Origin: a bacterium
Lineage (GTDB): Bacteria; UBA8248
Direction of reading: 5' to 3'
Length of the DNA stretch: 64,000 bases
Assembly (NCBI GenBank): GCA_965213685.1
Contig: CBDBZY010000018.1
Location: 512,001-576,000, forward strand
The notes beneath the pieces are model-generated. The model saw only the letters and a program-made list of their open reading frames with translations. It was not told the origin of the DNA and ran no database searches. The position numbers and the translations under genes were made by a program. Shown here piece by piece: positions 51,325 through 64,000 of this stretch; position 1 is the stretch's first letter, and every line of letters begins with the position of its first letter.

Positions 51325-52076
51325 GGTGGTGGTGGGCAGGCCATGGGGGAGAGGGAGCACATGATGAATGAGACACCATCAATGTCAGTGGAAGATGTTC
51401 TGGCAAATGTGGAGCAACGTTGTCCACTAATTCCAGTGTCATTTGCTCTGCTAACGGGAATAGATCAGGTACACGTAACACCAACTCCATGTACATGTAC
51501 ATGTACATGTACATGGAGTTAGAGTTACTAAGTTACAGTTAGCCTGTTCATCAGGCTGGATGTACATTGTATATGCTTGCCTTGCCTTACCTTGCCTATA
51601 CTACTGTAAATTTGAACCCAGCTGACTGGGCTGCCTCGGTAGCTCAGTTGGCAGAGCACTGGACTAGCAACCTGGTGGTCTCGGGTTCGAATCCCATCCG
51701 AGGCAGCTCAGTGTTTTTTTTCACTGTCTGCCTTCGGACTTTGCTTTACTTCCCTTGTTTAATAAGCATATACATGTACGAGATTGATCATGTACAGGGA
51801 GCATATGTAATGCACACTGTTGACATAACATGTGCATGTACATGTCAGGTACTGAGTACACATGTACATGTAGTTCATTTTGTGCCTTCCTCACTTCCCT
51901 TCCCTTATGCTGCTCCTCCTCCTCCCTGTGTCTCCCTCCCTCTCTCCCTTCCCACCTCCCTCCCATCCTCCTCTCTCTCCTGCTCCACACCCTCACACCC
52001 TCCCCAAGTCACCACTCCCAACACACACCAGCAAGTGGAGCTCAACCATGCCATCAGCTATGTGAATAAGATCAAG
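51325..52076 (+). pseudogene. Two exon-like segments (51325-51468, about 52009-52076) resembling Sin3 PAH helices
   Basis: QQVELNHAISYVNKIK followed by GTGAGG matches Sin3 PAH2 VEFNHAINYVNKIK; MSVEDVLANVEQ weakly echoes PAH1 LKVEDALSYLDQ; rest of Sin3 not seen. Confidence 0.55.
51615..51765 (+). mobile_element. tRNA(Ala)-derived SINE-like repeat / pseudo-tRNA (cloverleaf 51633-51705)
   Basis: Acceptor GCCTCGG/CCGAGGC, A box TAGCTCAGTTGG, B box GGTTCGAATCC, loop CTAGCAA; anticodon and T stems mispaired. Confidence 0.75.
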
Positions 52077-52939
52077 GTGAGGAGGGAGAGAGGGAGGGAG
52101 GGGGGGAGGGAGGGAGGGAAGTGGGAAAGGAGGGAGGGAGGGAGGGAGGGAGGGATGGAGGGAAGGAAGTGGGAAAGGAGGGAGGAAAGGAAGTGGGAAA
52201 TGAAGAATAAGGTGAGAGTGATGAAATTAACTGCTGCTTGTACAGGTGTACATGTATAAGTGTATACTGAGAGGTCAAAGTTCCTGTTAAGGACATCCCT
52301 GTTCTGCATAGTTGGACGCTTCATGGCACTTAAGGGCTCCTGGTCCTAGAGACATGGCAGTGCAAAGCAACTACATGTGCATCACCAGCTTTTTGTTCTA
52401 TGTATATAGACTCATGTACATAGTGTACCACAATGAACAGGAAGAGAAAGAGAACTGAGAAGAAAGAAAGAAGAACCACACACTATGCAACAAATTAAAC
52501 TAAAATGCACACTTGCATGTCTATACACCTGTAATTATCCCTCCACTTCCCTCTCTCTTTTGATCTCACCGTCTCTCCCTCCCTCCCTCTCCCACTCCTG
52601 CTCTTCCTCTTCCCCTCTCTCTCTGTTGCCACACACAATGCTCCACAAAGTTTCTGCAGGTGCACATGTACACTGTACAGTATGTGTGTGTCACCCGTTG
52701 CATGATGTTATGAGGGACAGGGTTGATTTGGGACACATGCATACGTATGTCCTTATCGCAGCTGCTGTGAATGCTTGTCTGTACCTTATTGTGAGGATTC
52801 CCATGTGCACTGTACATGTACGTATGTGCCCTATGTGTTCCTGTACAGGGCATCGTGCAGTGTGTTTACATGCACATTGCAGGTGTACAGGTGCTTCATG
52901 TGTGTGTGTACATGTACAGTGTACATGTACATGTATGTA

Positions 52940-53274
52940 CAGTACCCACCAGCGGCAACCAAACACACGCGTGCTACACGTGTGTAACGCGACACGCGTG
53001 TACTCGCATGTAATACACACGTGTAGTTTAGCAGGCGTGGGCTTCTGGAGTCGCGCATATAACTTTTGTCACATAACCCACTAGAAGTTGGATGCCATCA
53101 CTGCTGAGAAGCGTTCAAGCTCAATGTTGAGTCTTTCCATGGCCATTAGTAGAGCTTTGTACGAAGGTGCTAAACGCACACATGCATGTATAGTGCGGAG
53201 CTACCCGTGTGTGACACGTGTGCGAAATGTGTGTGACACGCGTGCGTTTGTTAAGTTGCCGCTGGTGGGTACTG
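52940..53274. mobile_element. Tc1/mariner-type MITE
   Basis: TIR CAGTACCCACCAGCGGCAAC / GTTGCCGCTGGTGGGTACTG flanked by TA on both sides. Confidence 0.82.
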
Positions 53275-53419
53275 TATATGGTACATATGTGGTGGGAAGG
53301 GGTTGAGTGCACATTCCAAGCCTTACATGTACGTAGCCTGGCAACAGGTGTACCTGTGCATGTGTATATGGTAGAGATCTAGTATAGTAACATCCTCTTA
53401 ATTATTTCATGTTTACCTC

Positions 53420-53722
<303 letters not shown>

Positions 53723-54534
53723 GTGGGGGGGTAGGAGGAGCTGCAGAATCACAAATATATGGTGTGTATTATAGAGTGCGTGTAATAAACATTTGATAGT
53801 AGAGATGGTTTTGGAACGCATGCCCAGGGAGAATACAATACACACTATATAGCAGTTTAGAATCAGAACATGCACATGCACGCCATCAGCTCAGGGCACT
53901 CGGGTTTATAAATATCGTGTATCCCTGGACTCGACGTATAACTATTATATACTGTACGTGTGTATGTCTCCAATTGAAGCTCATGAGTTGTAATGAAGTG
54001 CCACATCTGACCCTTCCCTCTCTCTTGACCTCACTCCCCTCCCTCCTTTTCCTGCCTGTCCCTTACCCTCCCCCTTACACCAACTTTCCTTCTCTCTCCT
54101 TAGTGTTTCTCTTCCCAGCCACTTGTAAAGCAAGGCAGTGTGCTAGTGGGTGAGGGAGTATTGACAAAGCTGCGTCGGAAGAAGGCAAGTGAGTATACGC
54201 ACACAGCATGTACATGTACTGTACATGACTCTATGTACGAACCCCAGAACAACACAGAGGTGTGTGCATGTCAATTAATATACGTGCATGTACATGTACA
54301 TGTATGTGAATGTCATGCATAGTAGTATGTGTATGCATGCTTAAACATGTACGCAGTGTACATGTACATGTACGTATGTGTATGTCTGTATGTACATGTA
54401 CATGTACACAGAGACATGCACAGTACATGTACATACATGAACATGAACATTACATGCGCTGTAATGGTGCTGAAAAGAATTACCCTGTTTATCAGAAGAG
54501 ACGCCTTTGCCCTTGAGTAGCATACATGTATAAA

Positions 54535-54700
54535 GATTCGGCCTGCCCAGCTGAGCTGCCTTGGTGGCTCAGTTGGTAGAGCATCTGCCTAGTATGCAGA
54601 ACATCGCAGGTTTGAATCCCGCCTGAGGCAACTCTTCTTCTCTTCTTGGGAAAAAGAGGAGTTGTCTTTAGGCATAGCTACCTTGCTTTGCCTTGTGTCA
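54535..54700 (+). mobile_element. tRNA-derived SINE-like repeat (cloverleaf 54558-54630)
   Basis: A/B boxes; shares the leader GATTCGGCCTGCCCAGCTGA and the tail GGAGTTGT...TTTGCCTTG with the 56340-56500 copy. Confidence 0.78.
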
Positions 54701-55260
54701 ATATCATTTACATGTACATGTACATGTACATCTCACAAGCCCTACAATCATTTCTCTGAGTATGTACAGTACATGTAAACATGTATGACTTTCCAGAATT
54801 GTATTTACATGTACTTGTATTTACATGTACATGTACATGGAGGTAGGTATCCTAATTACCCTGGCCCACTCCTCAGCACTGAGTTAAGAGCTGCCCTGTT
54901 TACCAGGGGAGACACCTTTGCCCTTGTATAAGGTTCAAAGAGAGTCGGCCTGCACAGATGAGCTGCCCGGTACCTCAGTAGGTGGAGCAGCTGTACGGTG
55001 CAGTGTGTTGTGGGCTTGTCTGCTGTGGCAATGGATCGTGTCTGTGGCGTGATGGCAGTGGCCAGTGGCTTCATGGTCCAGCTGACAAGGAACAGCTGCT
55101 ATTGCCTCTACAAGTGTCTCCTGATACTACCCATGTACTGTGTGTGTACATGTACATCCGTGACTCCCAATGGTGCTGTGAAGGAACGTTGTGTGTGTGT
55201 GTGCCTGCGACTGTGCCTCGGTGGTGGTGTGTGTGTACGTGTGTGCATGCATGCATTCAT

Positions 55261-55430
<170 letters not shown>

Positions 55431-56339
55431 ACATGTACATAACATGATTGTTCATGTGATCATGCCTACATGTATGCATGTGTGCACAGCAGAGGTCCTT
55501 TTACACATCTCCCCTGATGTTATGATTCATTACCTCTTTCTCTCCTCCCTCCCTGCCTTCCTTCTTCCCTCTCCCTCAGACCTCAATGAGGCTAATCCTG
55601 GATGAAGTCATACTGTTGAACAAGGCTTTGATTCCTGTAGCATAGTGAGACATAAGATGTAGAGATGCGTATTAGCCTGGCAACACATGTACCTGTACAT
55701 ATGTGTATGGCAGAGGTGTACAGAAGTAACACGCTCTTGTTTCCTGTTTTCCTCCCTCCCTTTCTTCGTCCTTCCTCCTGTCCCACAGTGAAGCTAGTGC
55801 CAGACGAATTCATATTGTGGAGCAGAGCAGTGCTCTACTGGCATGGTAAGACCCCCCCCCCCCCCCCAACACACACACACACACATACAGACACACACAT
55901 ACAACACACACCCAGGAGGGGGGAAGCTGTCAATTATTGTACATGTATTAAGGTGTGCACATTTTATGTATGTTTACATAAAGTACATGTACATGTATGT
56001 GTAGTAGTCATTCGGTAGTACAGACGCAAACACATACACACACACAGAGGGGGGGAAGCCGTCAATAAATGTACATGTACTGAAGTGTGTACATTCTATG
56101 TACGTCTACATAGAGTAGATGTATGTGTACATGTAGTAGTCATTTGGTAGAACAGAGGATACAGTGTGCTCAAGTAAAACAGGAGCATCTTACAATCAGG
56201 AACATGTGCAGGCACATGTATCCCATCAGAATGGCAGTCCTCCTTCAAAATTCCTTTTTGCTTTCGCCCCCTCCTGACAGGTCTTCATGTGTAGATATGA
56301 CAGCTGTTGTGTTGGAGATATACATGTAAACTCATCAGG

Positions 56340-56500
56340 GACAAGGCAAAGTAAACAACTACGCCCGAAAACAACTCCTTTTTTTCTCGAGAGAAAAAAT
56401 GAGCTGCCTCGGGCGGGATTTGAACCCGCGACATTCTGCGTGCTAGGCGAATGCTCTACCAACTGAGCCACCAAGGCAGCTCAGCTGGGCAGGCCGAATC
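56340..56500 (-). mobile_element. tRNA(Ala)-derived SINE-like repeat (cloverleaf 56477-56405)
   Basis: GCCTTGGTGGCTCAGTTGGTAGAGC...CTAGCAC...GCGGGTTCAAATCCCGCCCGAGGCA; anticodon stem mispaired. Confidence 0.78.
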
Positions 56501-57308
56501 TTTAAAGTTTATGCAAGGCAAAGAAGTGCGTCTCTCCCCGATGAACAGGGTAACCAATCTTAGTATTAAGGAGTGGGCCGGGGTAATTAAACAACCAAAG
56601 GCACCCACATCCATACTAAGAAATTACATGTAAACTCATTTAAAGAGACAAGGCAAAGTAAACAACTACGCCCGAAGACAACTCCTTTTTTTCTCACATG
56701 TGTACAGGGCATAACTAAAGACATTTTAATATTCACACTAAGTCACTGAAGGTATCATGAAAAAAGAAAGAAAAAAAGCAGGACCCATCTGGGATTTGAA
56801 CCCAGGACCTGCTGAACACTACAATCAGCATACATGTCTTACCATTTGTCCGTAACCCTCACAACCATGTGGTCCTCTATTTTGCACACATAGTCAAGTA
56901 CATGTAAATCGTTACGTATACAATGGTCATCATATGTGTATATGTGTACACTGTATATCTTCAGTCATAGTTCATTACTTATTGTAATGAACTGCCGTTC
57001 TCTTTACCCTACTCCCACCCTCCCTCCCCTCTTGTTGGATCTGGTCCCTCCTCCTTCCTTTCCTCTTCTTTCCTTCACATTTCTCTCCCCAGCTAGGTGA
57101 GGATGTACTGACAAAGCTATGAGTACATGTACATGTACATGTATGTCAAGAGAAGGCCACAGCTAGACACGTCAGTACACACACACACAACACGTACATG
57201 TTCATGTACAATGTACAATGTGCATTGCTTTTATCCGTATGTGTGTGTATACATGTACATGCAAGTGTATGCATGTAAAGAGTGCTGCACTGCACATGTA
57301 CATGTTCA

Positions 57309-57387
<79 letters not shown>

Positions 57388-57485
57388 TCGTGTGTAGATT
57401 TCTATCTGTTGTCAGCATCTGATACTGATGGACTTTCTTAGCACACAAACACATGCACGCATACACGCACACACGCACACACACA

Positions 57486-57577
<92 letters not shown>

Positions 57578-57942
57578 GAAGTCAGTAAAGAGTAAACAAG
57601 CACAGGATATCATACCTTCCCCCCTTTTTCCCCTCCTCTCTCCCCTTCCTTCCTGTTATCACCCCCACCTCCTCTGTTTCTTCCCACAGGATCACTTTTG
57701 CTCAAGCAAAACAGTAGCACCTTAGAATCAGGAACACATGCAGGCACATGTACACCATCAGAATGACAGTCTTTTTTGCTTTCGCCCCCTCCTGACAGGT
57801 CTTCATGTGTAGATATGACAGCTGTTGTGTTGGAGATATACATGTACATGTGTACAGGTTCTTATTTTAGGACATAACTAAAGAGATTTTAACATTCACA
57901 CTAAGTCACTGAAGGCATCGTGAAAAAAAAAAAAAGAAAATA

Positions 57943-58012
57943 GCAGGACCCATCTGGGATTCGAACCCACGACCTGCTGAACACTACAACTAGCATACAG
58001 GTCTTACCATTT
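57943..58012 (-). mobile_element. Second, more degenerate tRNA-like repeat (duplicate at 56778-56846)
   Basis: Reverse strand AATGGTAAGAC...GGTCGTGGGTTCGAATCCCAG followed by a T-run. Confidence 0.5.
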
Positions 58013-58216
58013 GTACATAACCCTCACAATCATGTGGTCCTCTATTTTGCACACATGATCATTACATGCACGTGTGTGTATATGTGTACACTGTATATCT
58101 TCAGTCAAAGTTCATTACTTATTGCAATGAACTGCCGTTCTCTTTACCCTACTCCCACCCTCCCTCCCCTCTTGTTGGATCTGGTACATCCGTGATTTGC
58201 AATGGTGCTGTGAAGG

Positions 58217-58333
<117 letters not shown>

Positions 58334-59021
58334 CTGTGACTGTGCCTCGGTGCATGTGTGTGTGCATGCATTCATGGTGCGTGTGTGTGTGTGTACTACA
58401 TAGCATGATTGTCTATGTGATTGTACCTACATGTATGCATGTGTACACAGCAGAGGTCTTTATACACATCTCCCCTGATGTTATGATTCATTACCTCTTT
58501 CTCTCCTCCCTCCCTGCCTCCTTTCTTCCCTCTCTCTCAGACCACAATGAGGCTAATGCCAGATGAAGTCATACTGTTGAACAAGGCTTTGATTCCAGTG
58601 GCAAAGTGAGACATAAGTACATGTAAATCATTACGTGTATAATGGTCATCATAATTTATGTGTATATGTGTACACTGTATATCTTCAGTCAAAGTTCATT
58701 ACTTATTGTAATGAACTGCCGTTCTCTTTACAGTAGTCCCCCCCTCTTGTTGGATCTGGTCCCTCCTCCTTCCTTTCTTCCTCTTTCCTTTGCATTTCTC
58801 TTCCCAGCTAGGTGAGGATGCACTGACAAAGCTATGAGTACATGTACATGTACATGTATGTCGAGAGAAGGCCACAGCTAGACACGTCAGTACACACACA
58901 CAACACATACATGTTCATGTACAATGTACAATGTGCATTGCTTTTATCTGTATGTGTGTGTATACATGTACATGCAAGTGTATGCATGTAAAGAGTGCTG
59001 CACTGCACATGTACATATTCA

Positions 59022-59112
<91 letters not shown>

Positions 59113-59209
59113 ACGCACCCACACGCACACACACACAGGTGTGCATATGCACATCTGTTTTCAGCGTCCGATACTGATAGACTTTCTTAGCACACAAACA
59201 CATGCATGT

Positions 59210-59321
<112 letters not shown>

Positions 59322-59651
59322 ATACACACACCGAAGTCAGCAAAGAGTAAACAAGCACAGGATATCATACCTTCCCCTCCTTTTTCCCCTCCTCTCTCCC
59401 CTTCCATCCTGTTATCACCCCCACCTCCTCTGTTTCTTCCCACAGGATCACTTTTGGAATTGTTGTCCATTACTATGTGGCACATGCCAGTTATTTCTCC
59501 CCTCCCCCCCAAACACACATCTTACGATCAGCATATCAGCATCACTGTCATCTAAGTGTTCACTGGTTTATATCATTATGTTGTTTATAGCTTCTTGTGG
59601 TTCTTATTGTATTACACTGAAGAACATATAACACTAGGTATTGTGCTATTT

Positions 59652-60825
59652 GAGTCGGTAGACTCTCTATGTAGGGATGGCGCCGACACTCCCATAGTGC
59701 ACGTACATTGGAAAGCCTTCTTAACTCGCGAATACTCGAGTTTTAAGCTTTTCTTGGCACGCGAATGGCCTATTCAACCGCTTCTCTACCCAACGATACC
59801 CCACAAGTAGCTAGAATGCATTTCTCGACTTACTGCCAGATAATGGACGAAAGGTGATTTTGTTTTTCTTTCTTATTCTTCTTCTTCTTCTTCTTCTTAC
59901 GAGATTTCTTTCAAACGACTTTACTCGAAACTGGCTGAAGTAATCACCATAGTTCTTTCACAGATCCACTGTAATCACTACGAAGTATGATCTGTGCTAA
60001 CAAAATGTTAGTATCTTCTCTACTATGGGCAGAATCTAGAACCCCAGACAACTTTACCATATTTGGAAGCCATTTTCAAATAATTATTGTCACGTGGCGC
60101 AAATTGTAAGCATGTGAGGGCGGGCCTTGCGAAGCCACGCCTATTAATTTCTCGATGGCAAAGGTTTGTCACTGAAAAGAGCGCGTTCTTACTTCGCCGT
60201 ACAATTGTACAGCGAACGTTAATGTAACTGGTATGAGTTAGCTAGTCACATACACTGAGGAAACTACTCTAGCTCAGGACTTTTTAGAGGGGCTCAGCCA
60301 GGTTCCCAACTTCGTAAGTGACAGATCACGAGGTTTACCCACTCGTATCTCCGCCGCTGACTAGTAGCAATGGCTGCTCTGATCACTGATGTTTGTTGGA
60401 TTTTGAATGAAACTTGCAAGAACATTTTGTGTACTATTGTACAAGAAAACGTACACAAACAAGTATGAAAAACATTTTCCAAAAATGTAGAGGGATGTAG
60501 GGATGGCAGTGCCAAAAACCACAGAAACTAGGTGTAGAGATGGCAGTGTACAGGCAAGACAGGTTATAAAAGACTACACAAGCAACCCCATCCCTACATC
60601 TTTCTTTTTTCTCACCGCATGGTATTGATGTTCCCAGAATTGTCATAGCTAAACTCACAGAACAATTTCAAGGAAAAAGAAAGATGTAGGGATGGGGTTG
60701 CTTGTGTAGTCTTTTTATAACCTGTCTTGCCTGTACACTGCCATCTCTACACCTACTTTCTGTGGTTTTTGGCACTGCCATCCCTATATCCCTCTACATT
60801 TTTGGAAAATGTTTTTCATACTTGT
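59652..60825 (+). mobile_element. HINE-like element, full copy with terminal foldback
   Basis: GAGTCGGTAGACTCTCTATGTAGGGATGG start, (CTT)n core, arms 60459-60605 / 60678-60825. Confidence 0.85.
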
Positions 60826-60842
60826 CTCAGTTGCAGCTCAAT

Positions 60843-61137
60843 GTCACCATCACATTCCCACACTGAATTTCTATTTCTCTTATACTCTTGAGACTGAATG
60901 CATGTGTGCAATGTGTAGAGTGTCTCCAGAGCAACGTATGCTGTGACAGAGACTAGACATGTGATGAGTAATAATACTCAAAGGACTGCCCTGACAGTAA
61001 TGCTAGGGCAATCTTTTGCCAGTTCTGTCACAACACACACCACTCTGGAGACACTCTACACAATCCACACATGCATTTATGCAGTCTCAAGAGAATAGGA
61101 GAAATAAAACTCAGTGTGGGAATGAGATGGTGTCACT
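60843..61137. repeat. Imperfect foldback with about 110 bp arms, old MITE-like
   Basis: CACCATCACATTCCCACACTGA...GTGTAGAGTGTCTCCAGAG pairs with CTCTGGAGACACTCTACAC...TCAGTGTGGGAATGAGATGGTG. Confidence 0.75.
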
Positions 61138-61433
61138 ATAGCATTGCATTGCCTTTATCATTTACTCATACCAGAGTATAATTATTGCTGAACTGTACTA
61201 GATGATGTTTGTACAATACACATGCAGCCTCATGCAGTAGCCCAGCAAGACTTACATACATGCATGGATGTACATGTACTCAATATACTCAATCTGAAAG
61301 CCAGACTACTCCGTGCCTTGATGCCAATGATTATTTGCCCATTGTACTTACTTCATCTACTTTACTACAACCCATGCAGCACATGCATTTATTTGCCCAT
61401 TGTACTACTTTCCTACAACCCAGCACATATATA

Positions 61434-62654
61434 TCAGAGAGTCAGTAGACTCTCTATGTAGGGATGGTGCCGACATGCCCATAGTGTGTGTACATACAAA
61501 AGCCTTCTAAACACCCCTGCGCTAGTGTTCTAAGCCTTTCTAGGCACATAGCTACTCTATTCAGGCGTTTCTCTACCCAACGATACCTCCCAAGTAGCTA
61601 GAGTCCATCTGCAGACTTACTGCCAGAGAACAGATGAACCGTCGAATTGTTCATCTTTCTTCTAATTCTTCCAATTCTTCTTAAGAGATTTTTTGAATTG
61701 ACCTACGCCCAAACTGGCTCTAAAGTTATCACGGTGGCTTTTGTACGTACGTCCTTCATTCCTGTGTGTGTAGTGCCTTTTACTACCAGAATGTTCATAC
61801 CTTCTCACCTCGACTCCGAGCAAAACGCAGTAGCCCCAGACTCTTCCCCACACCTAGAAGCCATTTTCTAATATAATGTCACATATGGCAGAGCTTTGAG
61901 CACATGAGGGCTGACCCTGTGCATGCTGCGCGTGTGTGAAACCAAGCCTAAATCTCTAGATAAAAGGCCTAGCTCTGTACTAGTAACATCTTACTTCACT
62001 GTACTATTAAAGATACACCTATTATCGCTAGAACATCTAAAAGAGCTACTGTAGCAGCTGATTGCATTTTCCTTATGTTTGTATGCAACAAATGTTGATG
62101 ATACTTGTTTGATGTAGGCAGTCACATACATGCAGTGAGTAGCTTAAGACTTTTTGAAGGGGCTCAGCCCCTTTCCCCAAGTGGTGGTCCTCAACTTCTT
62201 CTTGCTATGTACTCCCAGCCCATGACACATAGCAAAAGCTGTCTGTGGTCACAAGTTTGTTTTTTAGTGCCTGAAGGAAGCGAACTAGAACAGCACCCTC
62301 CTATATGGTGTACTCTTGTACAGCAAAAAATGACACAAACCAGGAAATAAAACATTTTACAAAAATGTACAGGGATGTAGGGATGGCAGTGCTAAAAACC
62401 ACAGAAACTAGGTGTAGAGACAGGGCATAAAAACACTGCACAAATAACCCCATCCCTACATCTTTTTTTCATGCACAATGTCATTCCAAGTAATCTCATA
62501 ACATAATCAAAGAAGTATGTCACGTACAAAAAAGATGTAGGGATGGGGTTATTTGTGCAGTGTTTTTATGCCCTGTCTCTACACCTAGTTTCTGTGGTTT
62601 TTAGCACTGCCATCCCTACATCCCTGTACATTTTTGTAAAATGTTTTATTTCCT
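61434..62654 (+). mobile_element. HINE-like element, full copy with terminal foldback
   Basis: TCAGAGAGTCAGTAGACTCTCTATGTAGGGATGG start; perfect arms 62342-62468 / 62528-62654. Confidence 0.85.
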
Positions 62655-62739
62655 TTAAAAATAGGGGCAGGTACTATCATGATCTGCTTTGCTGATATAC
62701 CTCATTAACTCTTGCGCATGTGAACATAGTAGTGTAAGC

Positions 62740-62960
<221 letters not shown>

Positions 62961-63315
62961 TGGATGTGCAATGATGCTTGTGCAGTGGGTGGAGACTGTG
63001 ATTCTAGAGTATTAAAGTGAAACGTCATGTATATTGAATGAATGCCAGCGCACATACTGGTTATTAGCATCAAGTGACAGAGAAGTGAGCCAAGTCAACG
63101 ACTACTCTGAGCGTTTTAATTATGCCTCTTCTCAGGGGAGGGGCTTGCTGAGATACACGACCGAGCGAAAAACAACCAATACAACCATACTTTGAGCGTT
63201 CATGGCTGGGATGTACGCTCAGCAGGGCAAAGGCTAGGGCCGCGCTTGCACATGTGATGGAGCAAGGACGCTAGGACGAACGATGGGGAAAGGGCGCGAG
63301 GGCGTGCGGCGGGAT

Positions 63316-63422
63316 TAGTCTCGTGAACCAGACCGTATTTCGTGAACGCGCATGCGCGCGCAAAAGGGGGAGGGGAGGAAGGAAAAATACGTATTTTCCC
63401 TACGGTCTGGTTCACGAGACTA
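63316..63422. mobile_element. 107-bp MITE of the TAGTCTCG family
   Basis: TAGTCTCGTGAACCAGACCGTA...TACGGTCTGGTTCACGAGACTA; 9-bp TSD CGGCGGGAT. Confidence 0.9.
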
Positions 63423-63529
63423 CGGCGGGATGAGGGCTGAGAGCTAGGCTTGAGACAACTCTAGTCCTACCATGCTATGATCACAAGAGAAGGTCGAAAT
63501 CCCGCCACTTGTTCCCACAGTGGTACACT

Positions 63530-64000
63530 CTGGCTCTGTCCGACAGGAGCCAGAGAGTAGTGGTCAATGGTTCTGAGTCGGATGTGGTTAAAGTTATAAG
63601 TGGTGTTCCTCAAGGTTCAGTCCTCAGTCCATTGTTATTTCTGATCTATGTGAATGATCTCTGTAATATTACCCTTTCCCATGGAAGCAAGGTAACTAGT
63701 ATGCAGACGACCTGGTGCTATACAAAGTCATTGACACATATTCTGCACTTTTTTGTCTGCAAGATGATATCAACAACATAGTTCAATGGGCCAGGAGCAA
63801 CCTGATGACTTTGAATTACTCAAAATGCAAAATCATGCTTCTATCTTGCAAACACCACTTTTTGCTGCCATTATTCCTTGAAAGTGAAAAAATTGAACAG
63901 GTACTTACAGGATGTACATACAAGTTTCTCAGTTTAGTGTTAACTACATCTTTGAAATGGGATGACCACATCAATAAACTATGTTCGAGAGTAAAAAAGC
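63530..64000 (+). mobile_element. CR1-type LINE RT fragment, frameshifted, runs off the window
   Basis: LSDRSQRVVVNG...SGVPQGSVLSPLLFLIYVNDL, then YADDLVLYK in a shifted frame. Confidence 0.88.

Overview
Repeat-rich, intron-containing eukaryotic (animal) DNA; the gene content and TACATG/CA microsatellite style suggest a demosponge, which is inference only. Most long ORFs in the track are microsatellite artefacts. Supported content: (1) a ~5.2 kb composite (CA)n/(GT)n satellite with higher-order structure; (2) a degenerate, near full-length CR1/L2-type LINE (PHD-finger ORF1, APE+RT ORF2, (AAT)n tail) that sits inside one DNA element and carries two more; (3) a spliced ROC/COR-like GTPase with a C-terminal death domain on the minus strand, plus two decayed paralogous P-loop exons in an old tandem duplication; (4) a spliced Kelch-repeat gene on the minus strand; (5) relics of a Ulp1 protease, a Penelope-like RT, LINE EN/RT and Sin3 PAH exons; (6) tRNA-derived SINE-like repeats and many MITEs. 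The most unusual signal is a 7-copy non-coding Helentron/HINE-like family. One of its ends is a 125-145 bp foldback whose two arms carry the same copy-specific variants, suggesting the terminal arm is re-copied from the internal arm. Coordinates were read by eye and may be off by a few bases.
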